Of a stretch of 64,000 nucleotides of DNA, positions 49,816 to 61,012 are shown one piece after another (the stretch's first letter is position 1; each line of letters opens with the position of its first letter). The stretch comes from Vicugna vicugna (taxonomy: Eukaryota), in contig MU057801.1 of assembly GCA_013265495.1 (NCBI GenBank), forward strand, positions 930,001-994,000, written 5' to 3'. The notes beneath the pieces are model-generated. The model searched no databases. It was given only the letters and a program-made list of their open reading frames with translations, and had not been told where the DNA came from. A program made the translations under genes and the position numbers.

Positions 49816-50874
49816 ATTTTAATTGCATTTAATTAACATTTTTCAAGTAATGTAGAAGGCACATGTGCATTCTCTCTGCCTCTATAGGACTAGGGACAGA
49901 AATGTCACTTTGTAGCTGGACCTCAGGCTCCCTCACCAACACCTGCTCTGCACGTATGGGATCTGGGGAGGAGGCTCATTGTTCAGAAGTGAGAATATTC
50001 CTCTCTCAGAGGCTGGTTACAGAAAACTGGAGGGGAAGGTGCTGAGCCACCTTGCCAAAGTGGTCCCTTGTCTTTGGTCAAGAGAACTGAGAAGGTACTG
50101 GTGACCACAGGAAGTGTGTTGCTACACCTCCAGGAGGCGGAGAAGGCACCACCACCCATGGGGATGGAGAATCAATCAGGTGCCCCAGGATTGCTTCCCA
50201 AATACATCTCCTACAATCTCTCCCTGCCCTGATTCAAGTCTTAGCCTTTCTGATGCATTCACCAAAAACGAGTCACGTGAATGAAACGTGCTCCCTTGTG
50301 GAACCACCCCTTACATGTGGCTTCCCTATTTGAACAATAAAGCTCAAGGAAGCATTTTTATCTCTGGTAATCACATCCCAGAGGGACAGCAGCACACAGA
50401 ACAGACATAACCCACAGTCTCTGATCCTTCTAGAAGGACAGCTCCCAAGCTCCCTGTTAACATGGGAAAAAACGTGTGCAGAAAGGAGCCATAATTCAGC
50501 AGGCAAAGTCACGTGCACTTAGACGGGGCTCTGTAATGTAAATTGCTTGGCTAGTTTCCAGAGCAAAATGGAGCTGCCCCTGGTGGATTAATTAGTCTCC
50601 AAACTCACTCTCTACCTTCATTTGTTTCTTCTGGCAGTCTGTTTTGTCCATTTTGTCTGTCCAGACACAGGGTTCATTTAAGTTAGTGGTCACCAGTTTA
50701 TAGTTACAATAAAAGTAAACTGCATACACTTTTAAATCTCATTACACAAGACTCTTAGCAGGCTTTGGTCTTTCTTAAACTTGGAACTATAACAGTGCTT
50801 TATAAATAATACCCATCACCATAAAAATGGCCATGAATACACCCAATTTAAAATGATTTTCAAGAAAATGGGAT

Positions 50875-51075
50875 TTTCTCTGCCACCTGCTAGCAGTGCA
50901 GTATCTTGGGAAATTCTTCATCCTCTCTGAACTTCAGTTTCCTCATCTGTGCAGGAGGGATCAGAAAAGCACCTACCCTGAAGGGTTATTATGGGGATAA
51001 ATTGAGTTAACCCACAGAGAAGACTGGGAATGGTGCCCAGGGTGTTGGACACTCTCGATAAATGGTGGCCTCTGT
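50875..51075 (+). mobile_element. MIR
   Basis: cctctctgaacttcagtttcctcatctgtg..acctaccctgaagggttattatggggataaattgagttaa. Confidence 0.85.
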
Positions 51076-51269
51076 GACAATGGTGGCTAGGATGCTGTTT
51101 CCTTGAGGGAAGCTCATCAACAGGCTTCCATTGCCTGGAAAGCAAAACCCACACTGACTGTGGCATCTAAAGCCCTTCACGGCCGGACCCCGATCTGCTG
51201 CTCAGCCCTGATGTTCCTAAGGGATTGGGTCCCTCCTCACTTCCTAAATCTGCTCTCTGCTCCTTTCTT

Positions 51270-51600
51270 TTCCTTTGATTGAGATCTAATCAACATGTGA
51301 CATTACCAGCTTCAGGCGTACACCACAATAATTCAATACACACATATACTGCAAAAGGACTCCCATAGTAAGTCTAGGTGGCATCCATCACCACCCACCA
51401 CTACAGATTGTTTTCTTGTGATGAGCACTTCAGAAATCTACTCTCAGCAACTTTCAAATACACAATACAGTGTTGTTCACCACCGTCCCCGGGCTGTAAA
51501 CGCCATCCCCGGGACTCAGCGATCTGACACCTGGGGGTTTGTACCTTTTGCTGCTCTGTTTTTTCCTTTCTTTCCACCCCTCTCCCCACAAGCATCTGTG
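51270..51600 (-). mobile_element. L1MA9-like 3' end
   Basis: ttgtgatgagcacttcagaaatctactctcagcaactttcaaatacacaatacagtgttgtt. Confidence 0.8.
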
Positions 51601-51804
51601 ATGGAATTTCCTTCTTTCTCACCATTTATTTCCTCCAGCTTAGAACCTTCTGTTTCTTCAAGGCACAGACAAGAAGGGCTTTCCTTCATTAACCCTTTGC
51701 TCCCTTACAAGAACCTTAGGCACCTTGGCGGGACCTGGAGGCAGACACGCCGCAGGATCTCACGGGTTTTAGTTTGGGGGCAGAGCAGCTGTTACTCTAC
51801 TATT

Positions 51805-51990
51805 ACCTATGTGGTCCCTGTTGCTTCCCAGCCTCCCTCACAGTGTACTTTGGCCAAAGAAGTGCGAGCAGAAGTGATGTGTGACACTTCCAGGAAGAGC
51901 TCAGCTCTTTAGTCCTTCCCCTCGCCCACCAGGGCAAGCCCCGAAGCCACATGATCCAGATGAGGCAGCTATAAGATGACAGCTCTTCCG
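51805..51990 (+). mobile_element. MLT1 fragment
   Basis: actttggccaaagaagtgcgagcagaagtgatgtgtgacacttccaggaagagc. Confidence 0.6.
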
Positions 51991-54594
51991 TCGGCCAGGT
52001 CCTTGCGTGAGTGGGGACAGCCTGCCCACCTGGATCGGACATCCAGGCCTTGGCTGTGTGAACCGCTGAGCCGTGTCTTCCTCCTCTGCGCACTCAGATC
52101 TTCAGAATCTGTATGTGAACGGGTGCTGTGTGGTAGCGGTTGTGTGTGTGGTTGGGGGGTGAGGCACATGCATGTATAGACACATGAACTTCCTTCCTGG
52201 AAGGCTGTGCCCTCCTAGAATCAGGGGTCAAGTCCACTCCATCTTGGACTTTCCCACAGCCCCTACAAGGTGCTGAAAATGAGTAGATGTTAAAAAATAC
52301 GTGTTGAATTAATTGCCCTTCCCTTTGTTTCTGAATTAAGACGAAGTCCAAATGGGTCAAGGCACAGCTTTAAGTGAGGGTGTTTTTCCCTAAATGTAGC
52401 CGTACGTGGTCATTCTCCTGCCTGGGGGAGGCCTCCCCTCTCAATAAAGGAACTCCCCTAAGAGGGCTCCGACCGCCTGGGTGAGACCGCATCACGGCTC
52501 CAGCAGGTGCCGGCTCGCCTCCTGCTTGTCCGAGACTACGCCCTGCCTCCCTGGCTGAGCTGTTAAGGCACCAAGGACACTGATTTGTGGCACATCTATG
52601 AATTTGAATAGGCAAATGGCAGCGTGCTTGTTTGAAAGCAGCCTTCCCTGGAATAGCTCTGTGGGTGTGGGGGTGTGTGTGTGTGTGGGTGTGTGTGTAA
52701 TTCCCTCCATCAGTGAATCAACATGTGTCGTGGTCACATGGGCACGGAGGAGGGATTCCTGCCAGAGCCAAGCCCGTCGCAATACGGCACCCAGTGCTGG
52801 CACACAAGTCTCCTTGTGCAGACGATGGCAGAGAAGATGTCCCTGCAGTGCAGGAGACAGTTGTGTGCCTCTGCTTTATTCAAATCTGCTCTTTACTGCT
52901 CGCAACTACTGACCTCTTTATACGTAAAATTATCACCTGTGATGACAGCCAGCTTCTCGTTTTAATTTCAAAAACACCCGGTGAGAATGTTTCAGAGTCT
53001 TCAGACAACCCTGCTCTAGTCTCCTCATTCTGTCTGGCTTGACAAAGGAAAACGTGAAAAATGGGAAAGAGACTGCCCGAGCTGGGCTGAATGGACCATA
53101 TGTTTATCTATTGTGTGGACGAACTAGGGACCCAGCCAAATTCTTGGTCTAAGACACTACTGAAGAAAACAGAAGATTAATTTGGTTCAATACAAAGAGA
53201 TTTGGTTTGAAGAAGACACTAAGAAAAGGTCTCTATCTAAGGCAAAAAAAGAGGTGAAACAGACAAAAAGGAATGCTGTGCCTGGGAACTTAAATTTCCA
53301 GATATCAAGGAAGTGATCAAAACAGAAGCAGCAAGCATTCGCGAAGACCGCGTGCATTCCGACATTTACCATGAAAGGTGAGAAATGTGACTCTAGAGGG
53401 CGAGGGAAACAGTGCAGGGTCATTTCCGAGGGAGGAGAAGGGGGTCCCCAGGAGGTTCACATAAAGGGGTTTCCACGATGGAGTGAATAAAAGCCTGTTG
53501 TTTCCAGGGGTCTCAGCACCTTTGCAGAGAAGAGCTGTGCTGGGAATAAAGGATGCCAGCGGTGTCCTTGAAAACGACCCTGCTCCCAAAAGGAAAGGTG
53601 ACAGCCGGCCGCTCCTGCCCACACATGCATTCCAGGCGAGTGTGTCTCATTCCTGGGGGTGTACCCCAGTTTGGGGGATGCAAAGGGGTCCCAAAGGGAG
53701 TTCCAGAGGTCACGGGGAGAAAATATGGCTCCCAGGACAAAGCACAAGATTAAGAGACACACCGAGCAGCCTGCAGTGGTCACAGCCAGAGTGGGACTCT
53801 GGTTTCTGCAGACTAGACAGAGCGGTAGACCAGCCGGCAGGACCAAGGCAGCAGGTCAGGCGGGTGACAGTGAGTGGGGCCTCTATGAGCATTCTGCTTC
53901 TTAAGACAGCTCACAAATGCTTCGTGGTCATCACAGAAACACTCTCTGTAGTGCTCCGTACTCTCTTTCTCTCTCTCTCAGTCTGGTGGCCTCAGGGGTC
54001 AGGTCAGACCCCACAGACAATGTTCCAAGAGAAACCAAGAGAAAAGTAAGGCCTTTTCTAACCCAGCCTCGCAGCTCACCTTCTCTCTTCCATCAGCTCC
54101 ATGCACCACATCGTCATGAAGATGGGTCCTTAACTCACGGGAGGAGGCGCAGGCTTCACCTCCGATGGCAGGAGTTTCAAATACCTTCCTGGTGTGTTTC
54201 CAAACGGCCGGAAATACCCTAACTGGTACATGTAGGTCCCGCTGGCGACTCTGGAGAAACACAGGATCCCTGTCTAGCCCTCTGTGGGGTGCCCCAAGCC
54301 CTGTCCCGCCGTCCTTGTCAGGAAAGCTGGTCTTCTCTCAGACCCCTATCGATCCTTCCATCCCTGCCAACCCTTACTAAACTCCTCCGGAGCCCAGGAT
54401 GGGCCCTCCCTGGGGTGACTTGCTCCAGTTCGCAGGGCAGCCCCTATAGTGCCAAAGTGACGAACTGAAAAGGAGACTATTTTAATAACCAGTGGGTTCC
54501 TGTGTGGCTCTGCTGAAGAGTAGGGCTTGTGTTTTCCTTAACCACACTTGCTAAGAAGCTAAGATTTATATTGAACACCACTTATATAGCCAAT

Positions 54595-54965
54595 CTGTTG
54601 AATTTGGGCTCCCCGCTCCAGAAAGCAGGCACTGAAATGAGGAATTAGGTGCAGGGGCCTTATCTGTGACCCCAGGAAGCCCTGTGAGGGAGCAGGGGAG
54701 GGAGAGAAGCCAGCAGAAAGTGTGGCGATGAACGGTTATCACCCAGGGCAACTGAGGACGCCCAACGGACCATGGAGAGCCATGACCAGCTGTCCCAGTA
54801 AGGGCCAAGGGACTTGAGTCTTTGTCAGCATCTCCTGTCCCTCATTCGCTAGAAGTGACTCCTGGGGACACTGACTCCCTAGCGCCCATGGGATGCCCAG
54901 CCTGGGGAGATGCAGAGAGCTGTTGGCCTGTCCAGGTCCTCTGTACCACAGCCTCCCAGGGAGGC
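54595..54965 (-). mobile_element. LTR16-like fragment
   Basis: ccagaaagcaggcactgaaatgaggaattaggtgcagg..ccccaggaagccctgtgagggagcagggga. Confidence 0.55.
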
Positions 54966-55454
54966 CGGGGGAGCAGCAGGCCACGGGCAGGGCTTAACCA
55001 CCAGCTCCTGGTACAAACACAGCAGACTTTTCACCACATCAATTTCTTTGTTAGAAGTAGGCAGAGTACACATTATTTTTCAAACACGAGATTCATGCAT
55101 TAGAGTCGGTCCCATATTGCTCTGGAGTGCAGGGACCACGCCAGCCCTGGCCAAGCATCACTGCGGGACCACGGCGCGGCCCGGCTGATTACGATTCGGG
55201 CTGATCAAAAGACCGAGGAGAGAAAAGCGCTCACCTCCGCAGACCCCTGGCGCTGGCCGACTCATTACCCAGAAGCTGATTATCCAGACGTCCGCTTCTC
55301 CCCGTCCCCAGCCGCCCGCCTCGCTCCCTTTCAGGGCTCATTAGCGCCTTCGGCAGAGGAGCCGTGGCTGAGATCAGACCACAGGAGGCTCCCCACTTTC
55401 TTTCCCCTTGATTCAGGCCAGAATGAAGAACAAAGTCGAAAGTACTAACAGATG

Positions 55455-55605
55455 TTACCATTTTATTTCATTCTTTGAATTGTGGAAGAATATACCCAAC
55501 GTAAACTTTACCACTTCGCCGTTTTTTAAGCGTACGGGTCATCGGCGTCAAGTACATTCACAGGGTTGTGCCACCATCACCACCATCATCCCCAGGACTT
55601 TTTCA
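55455..55605 (-). mobile_element. L1MB-like extreme 3' end
   Basis: aattgtggaagaatatacccaacgtaaactttacca..gtacattcacagggttgtgccaccatcaccacca. Confidence 0.75.
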
Positions 55606-55794
55606 ACACATGGTAGGATTTGGGATCGTGTGTGGATCTGGGTTTTCCATCATGTCCCTTCCCCCCCCACCCCCCGCCCCGGTTATTCAGATATTCAAGA
55701 GTTGACTGTATTAAATAAAACGTCACTTCTGGGGAGCTAAAAATAAGTCTGTTTTTTGGTATTTTTTACATTAAACATTGAAAAGCAAGGTGGT

Positions 55795-56390
55795 TGTATC
55801 AGATACATATTGCTGTATAATAAACCATCCCAAATATAACAGCTTATAACAACCGTCGTTTATTTAGTTGCTACCCTAAGGAATGGCAGCCCCAGCTGGG
55901 CCCGGCTGGGTGACTCTGCCTCTTCGGACCAGATGCAGTGGATGCGGGCTGGACACGCTCGTGTGTCTGCAGTCCAGCCCCAGACCTGCTGGGGTCCGGC
56001 TGGTGTAAGATGGCTCAGCTGGGATAACGCATTTCAGCTCCACGCGGTCCAGCGGGCATATTCAACATGGCAGCTCACCAGGACTTCAAGAGGGCCAGAA
56101 CGCAAGTGCCTTTCTTTTTCATTTATTCAGGTTTTTTGTTTGTTTTTTTAGAAGGGGTAGGTAATTAGGTTTATTTGATTATTTTTTTAACGGAGGTCCT
56201 GGGGATCAAACCCAGGACCTCTTGCATGCTAAATATGTACTCCACCACTTGAGCTATACCTTCCCGCCTCTTCATGGCTCTCCTTACACCACAGCTGCTA
56301 CTAAGCCAGTAGCCAAAGTGTGTGATACCACCAAGCCTAGAGTCGGCGTGATCAAAGCTACCAAAAGGCACGTCATATGGAATCATGAAC
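55795..56390 (-). mobile_element. MLT1 LTR interrupted by a SINE
   Basis: tgtatcagatacatattgctgtataataaaccatcccaaa..gcttataacaacc; continues after the SINE. Confidence 0.7.
56112..56265 (-). mobile_element. tRNA-Ala-derived SINE (vic-1-like)
   Basis: ggtaattaggtttattt..ggaggtcctggggatcaaacccaggacctcttgcatgctaa..ccacttgagctatacc. Confidence 0.9.
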
Positions 56391-58290
56391 AAACTGGGGC
56401 CGTTTCTGTAATTAAACCGCCATACGTACTCCCTTCCAGGGCCAGAATTCTACCTGAAGATAATCATGCTTCTGAGCTCGCCTTGGTATATGTTAAAAGT
56501 ACCCCAGCCCCTCTCTGAGGGCCAAACATTCTCAACAGCTGAGTTTGCAAACTGACACGATTGAGCCGGAACATCGTCTTTAGGATCCAACAAAATCACT
56601 CAATCGAAACTGCATTTTCCCTCCGACCCAGCTAGGTGGAAGTCTGGGCCATTTTGTTCTATTAGCATTTTCTAGTATCTTAATAAAGTTTTCTTCTATT
56701 ATATCCTGAGTCTATTGTTCCAGTTTCCTAGTTTCTTCTTCAGAAGCCGGCATCGTGGGTGCGTGGGGCTCCTTTGTCCTCCGTGTTGGTCATCCTATCG
56801 GTGGTCATGATCTACAGCTGACGCTCCCATTTCATTTGGTGCAGCGATCTCAAGCCTACACGCCATCTCTTTATTTTCCAGGCTTTTGTCCTTACGGTAA
56901 GGATACAACTTTCCTCAAGCCTTGTGTTCCTGGCTTAGCGGTGCTCAGAGCAAGCCCTCCAGGGCACGAGGCCTCTAGGCTGTGATCAGGTTCCGGCTGC
57001 CCGTCCCCCACCCCTCCCCCTTGCCTTCTCTCCGGGGCTTTTCCTTGTGTAGAAGGCCAGGTCCCAGGCACAGAAATAGACCCCCAGCACACCAATTTCT
57101 TGCTCAGCTGTCCCTTCACCCCTGACCTTGCTGTAAACAGTGAGGCTCTCTCCCAGAGACAAGGGCACTCCCTGCCTCTCCGCGGGGCTGCCCAGGAAAC
57201 TGGAGCTCAACTCTCTGAGAATCCCTGGTTGTGCTCTTCTTGGTGTTAGCAGATTCTCTGGAAGAAACACAGATCTTTGTGAGAGTCTGAGGCGGCACGT
57301 GTCCCCTGTGGGCTTGCTCCCTGAGCCCATCTAGGTCTCTTGGCGTTTGCCAGGAGTGTGTCATAGTTTGTGGGGTGGTGCTGTCACAGGTTTCTACTTC
57401 ACTGACGATCAATTGTGTTTCTTCTCTCTTTTGTCCCTTTTGCTAACTTAGATGGAGTTCAGATGAGGGGGAGGGCAAAGACGCTACCATTTTCACACCA
57501 CGCCTAGATCACGGGGTCGCACTTGGACCAGGTGCAACAGATCTGAATGCCTGTGATGCTCCCACTGCTCAAGGTTGCCCTCCCAGCCATCTATCTCTAT
57601 GGTGGGGACACTATTTAATGCACACACCACGTGCCTCACTAATGACACTGCATTCCCCTCTCTGTCATAATCAGTGCTGCGTGGCCCTCGTGTCTGGGCC
57701 ACTCACCCATTAATATTTATGCTTCCTGAGACTGATGGGCTGTCCCAGTGATTTGCAGGCATGAGCAGGTGCCCCTAATGGAAGAATGAGTAGGGGTCCT
57801 CTCTTGGGGAATAGCAGCTTTCAGTCTTCCTGTCATAGAAAAGAATGTGGGTTGGTGAGGGAAGTAGCCACAGGGTGATCGCCAACCATCCAGCCGGCTA
57901 ACTTGGATCACTGTTGCGGGGAGAGTTGGAGAAAAGGTGGAGGTAGGAGACGCCCCCAGTGGAGACGAAGCCTCCTTTTGCCTGCCCTGGCCGGAAGCTT
58001 CCCTGCTGCCGTGAGGCCAGAGACAGAAGTTGCACAAGCCCAGGTCTTCTGAGCTGGCTCTCTTGCACACCCAGATGCCTGTCTCTGCCCCTGACATGTA
58101 GTTGGTATTGGCTTTCAATATATGGCAAAATCCAATTCAATGGATTCTGCTGCCCACGTACAGTGGCTCCCGCACGCACACATTCAGAGCGCGTCACTTC
58201 TGCAAACCATGCCCGGGTGAGTACGAGCTGGGGTGCCGCACCGTCCGCCGAGGCCCTTGCTCAAATAAGGATGCTGATTGGTTTGCCTAT

Positions 58291-59178
58291 TGTGGTGATT
58301 TAGAGTATGTCTGCAAATGTTTTGACTCTCATCTCATCAGAACAGATGGGTCCTAACTCCCCTCCTACAGAACATGAGCTGGGTTTTATCACTCACTTCT
58401 AAGGCAAAATGCAGCAGACGTGTCTCTGAGTGACTTCTGAGCTAGGTCATCAAAGGTACAGTTTCCTCCTGGCCGCATCCACTCTCAGAACTCAGCCACC
58501 AGGCAAGCGGCAAGGCTGCGTGGAGGTGTTACAGCCACAACGTCAGCTGAGACCCAACCAACGCCAGCGTCAACCGTCAGACATACAGATGGGAGGACTT
58601 TGGGTGAATCCAGCCCCAGCCTTCAAGCTGCCCAGTTAACACCACATAGAGCGTATTTGAGTGACTCTTGCCCTATTCATCTGCTAAGACGGTCAGAACA
58701 ATGTACCACAGACCAGGAAGGTTAACAACGGAGATGTATTTCCTCTGGACACTGGAGGTCCAAGATCAGGGTGGGGTCTCTACGCAGGGCGGGAAGGAAG
58801 GGTCTGTACCAGGCCTCTCGCCCTGGCTTGAGATGACCGTCCTCTCTGCTGGGCCTTCGCGTCGTCTCTCCTGTCTGCATCTGTGCCCAGATCTCCTCTT
58901 CTTCCAAGGACAGCCATCCTAGTGGACAAGGGCCCACCCTAATGACCTTGTTAAACTTAATCACTGCTAAGAAGACCCTGTCTCCAAACACAGTCACGTT
59001 TTGTGGCGCTGGAGTTAAGATTCCAACATGAATTTATTGGGGGGAAAACCTGTTCAACCCCATCACCTGCCAAGCCTCCTCAAAGTGTAGACTCACATGC
59101 AAAACAAATATTGTCATTGTTTTGAGCCACTAAAATTTGGAGCGGTTTGTTTTGCAGCAGCAGATGACCAGCACACCT
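58291..59178 (+). mobile_element. MLT1 (F/G/H-like) LTR split by another MLT1
   Basis: tgtggtgatt..gtgacttctgagctaggtcat; resumes at ~59066 and ends ttgttttgagccactaaaatttggagcggtttgttttgcagcagcagat. Confidence 0.75.
58665..59065 (-). mobile_element. MLT1A/B-like LTR nested in the above
   Basis: gtaccacagac..ggaggtccaagatcagggtg..agggcccaccctaatgacct..gaccctgtctccaaacacagtcac..ttccaacatgaattt. Confidence 0.85.
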
Positions 59179-59599
59179 AAGGTAAATGAGTGACTTGGTT
59201 CCTGGTCGTCTCAGAATGCATGCAGCAAACGCCTTCCAACAGCAGAACCACGCCGCTTGGGGATGGTGCCCACACGGCCAAGGCTGGACCACAGGCAAAC
59301 ACCTGGAAGACAGTTGCAGGGACCTCATGTTGAGCGCATCTCTGTCCTTCTGTTTCACTTTTGCTCTTCGATTACACGGAAGGGAACCAGTGAGGCTGCC
59401 TCCAATGAGCGAGATGAGGAGGGCAAGTTTTTGTGAGAATAAGCATAAGGCAGCAGAGGGAAGCAGTCAGATAAGCTCTAAGGCCGGACACGGAAATGGT
59501 GCTGGGCCTTGTCGCAGGTGACTCTGAGACCTGTTCGGAGCACAGGGAGGCCTGGGGCCCTCAGCACAGGAGCAGCAGCTCTTACAGCACCCTTCCCGG

Positions 59600-59735
59600 A
59601 ACCCTAACCCTGGCTCCGCCTGGGACTAGCTGTGTCGTCCTGGAGACGTCACTTAATCTCCCCAGGCTTCTGCTTCGTACCTGTTGCAATGGGTAACACT
59701 AGCACCTGCTACACGGGGTTGTCCTCTCAGGCCGT
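59600..59735 (+). mobile_element. MIR
   Basis: ccctggctccgcc..actagctgtgtcgtcctggagacgtcacttaatctc. Confidence 0.6.
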
Positions 59736-59867
59736 CTGCATGATGGGTGAACCATTTTACAAAGCTGGCGTGGCTGAGTTTCACTTCTGACTGTCTTCTC
59801 TCCAGCTGGTTTCCTTCAGTGACTCACAGGGGCTCCCCCCGCCCCCAGTCACTGCAGTGTGCAGAAT

Positions 59868-59960
59868 GGATTCATTCACGCATTCCGAAATGCTTCCTGA
59901 GAACCTCCTATGTGCTAGGCCCTGTTCTAGGTCCTGAGAGTACAGCCGTGGGTCAATCAG
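59868..59960 (-). mobile_element. L2 3' end
   Basis: attcattcacgcattc..tcctgagaacctcctatgtgctaggccctgttctagg. Confidence 0.65.
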
Positions 59961-60399
59961 ACGCACACCGCCGACCTCGCTGGTTTTGGCCTTGCTCTCT
60001 TCCGCTGAAGTTCTACGTTACATGCCTTCTGCTTGCAATTCCCACCACTCACGGGAGCGTTTTCCCGGCTTCTTGGCGCAGATCCTTGAAAGAGGAACTC
60101 TGATTGGCCCGGTCTATCTTTTTCAAGTCAAGCCACAAAATGTTTCTAACCAGCTTTGGGATTGGTTGCCTAGGATCAGGCGGCCGCCCGGACCCAACCA
60201 ATTATTTTCCAGAGCAGGAGACGGGCGTGGGCTGCAGGGCACCGCCCCAGCACGTCGGTGGCGGGGCGCTCGCTGTGCTGGGCAGCTCTGGTAGGAGGCC
60301 TTAGGGCAGCACACGAGGGGCTGGGGAGACCCCCGTGGACGCCCGCCGGAGCTTGCTGCACCCTAAGGAACCCTGCAGTTTAACCCAACCCGGGAGGTG

Positions 60400-61012
60400 C
60401 AGGACTTTGGAGGTCGCGCACAGCCTGTTAGCTACGGAGTCAGGCTTGGAGTCAGGCCTCGGGACGAGCATCTTGGCGCCGAGTGACGTACATAGCAAAA
60501 ACAGCGAGTTCCCCCCAACCCCGTGCAAATCAGTGACATCAGAGGGGGATTTATCAGGCCAAAGGGGTGCCCTCGGCTCCTCGACGGATGACAGACAAGA
60601 GTTGGTGGAGGAGAGTAGGGTACAGCTCAGTAGTAGAGTGCATGCTTAGCATTCACGGGATCTTGGGTTCAATCCCCAGCACCGCCATTAAAAAATAAAT
60701 AAATAAATAAACCTAATTACCCCCCCAAATAAGTAGAAAATTTAAAAAAAAATTTTTTTTAAAGAGTTGGTGGATACACACTCCAGCTCCCTCACCCCAT
60801 GGGTAGGACAACTCGGAGCTGTGTTCCATATCACCCCCTAGATGTTTCCAGCAGGCCTGAGCCCCAGTTGCTCACACCGGTGACCTGCTCATTAGCACCA
60901 ACCTGCTGGTCTCACTTCTGTCTCTACCTGCACTTCCCAGAGTCACCCCTCAAATAAACTACTTGCACGCAAAACCTTGTCCGAGGGTCTGCTTCTAGGG
61001 AACCAAATACAA
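60400..61012 (+). mobile_element. LTR16-family LTR interrupted by a SINE
   Basis: gagttggtggatacacactccagctccctcacccc..caaataaactacttgcacgcaaaaccttgtccgagggtctgcttctagggaacc. Confidence 0.75.
60610..60761 (+). mobile_element. tRNA-Ala-derived SINE (vic-1-like)
   Basis: agctcagtagtagagtgcatgcttagcattcacgggatcttgggttcaatcccc; exact TSD aagagttggtgga 60597-60609 / 60762-60774. Confidence 0.93.

Noticed and set aside
50573..50586. CTCF-like ccaccaggggcagc on the minus strand
   Set aside because: One base short in the G run, which breaks the core register
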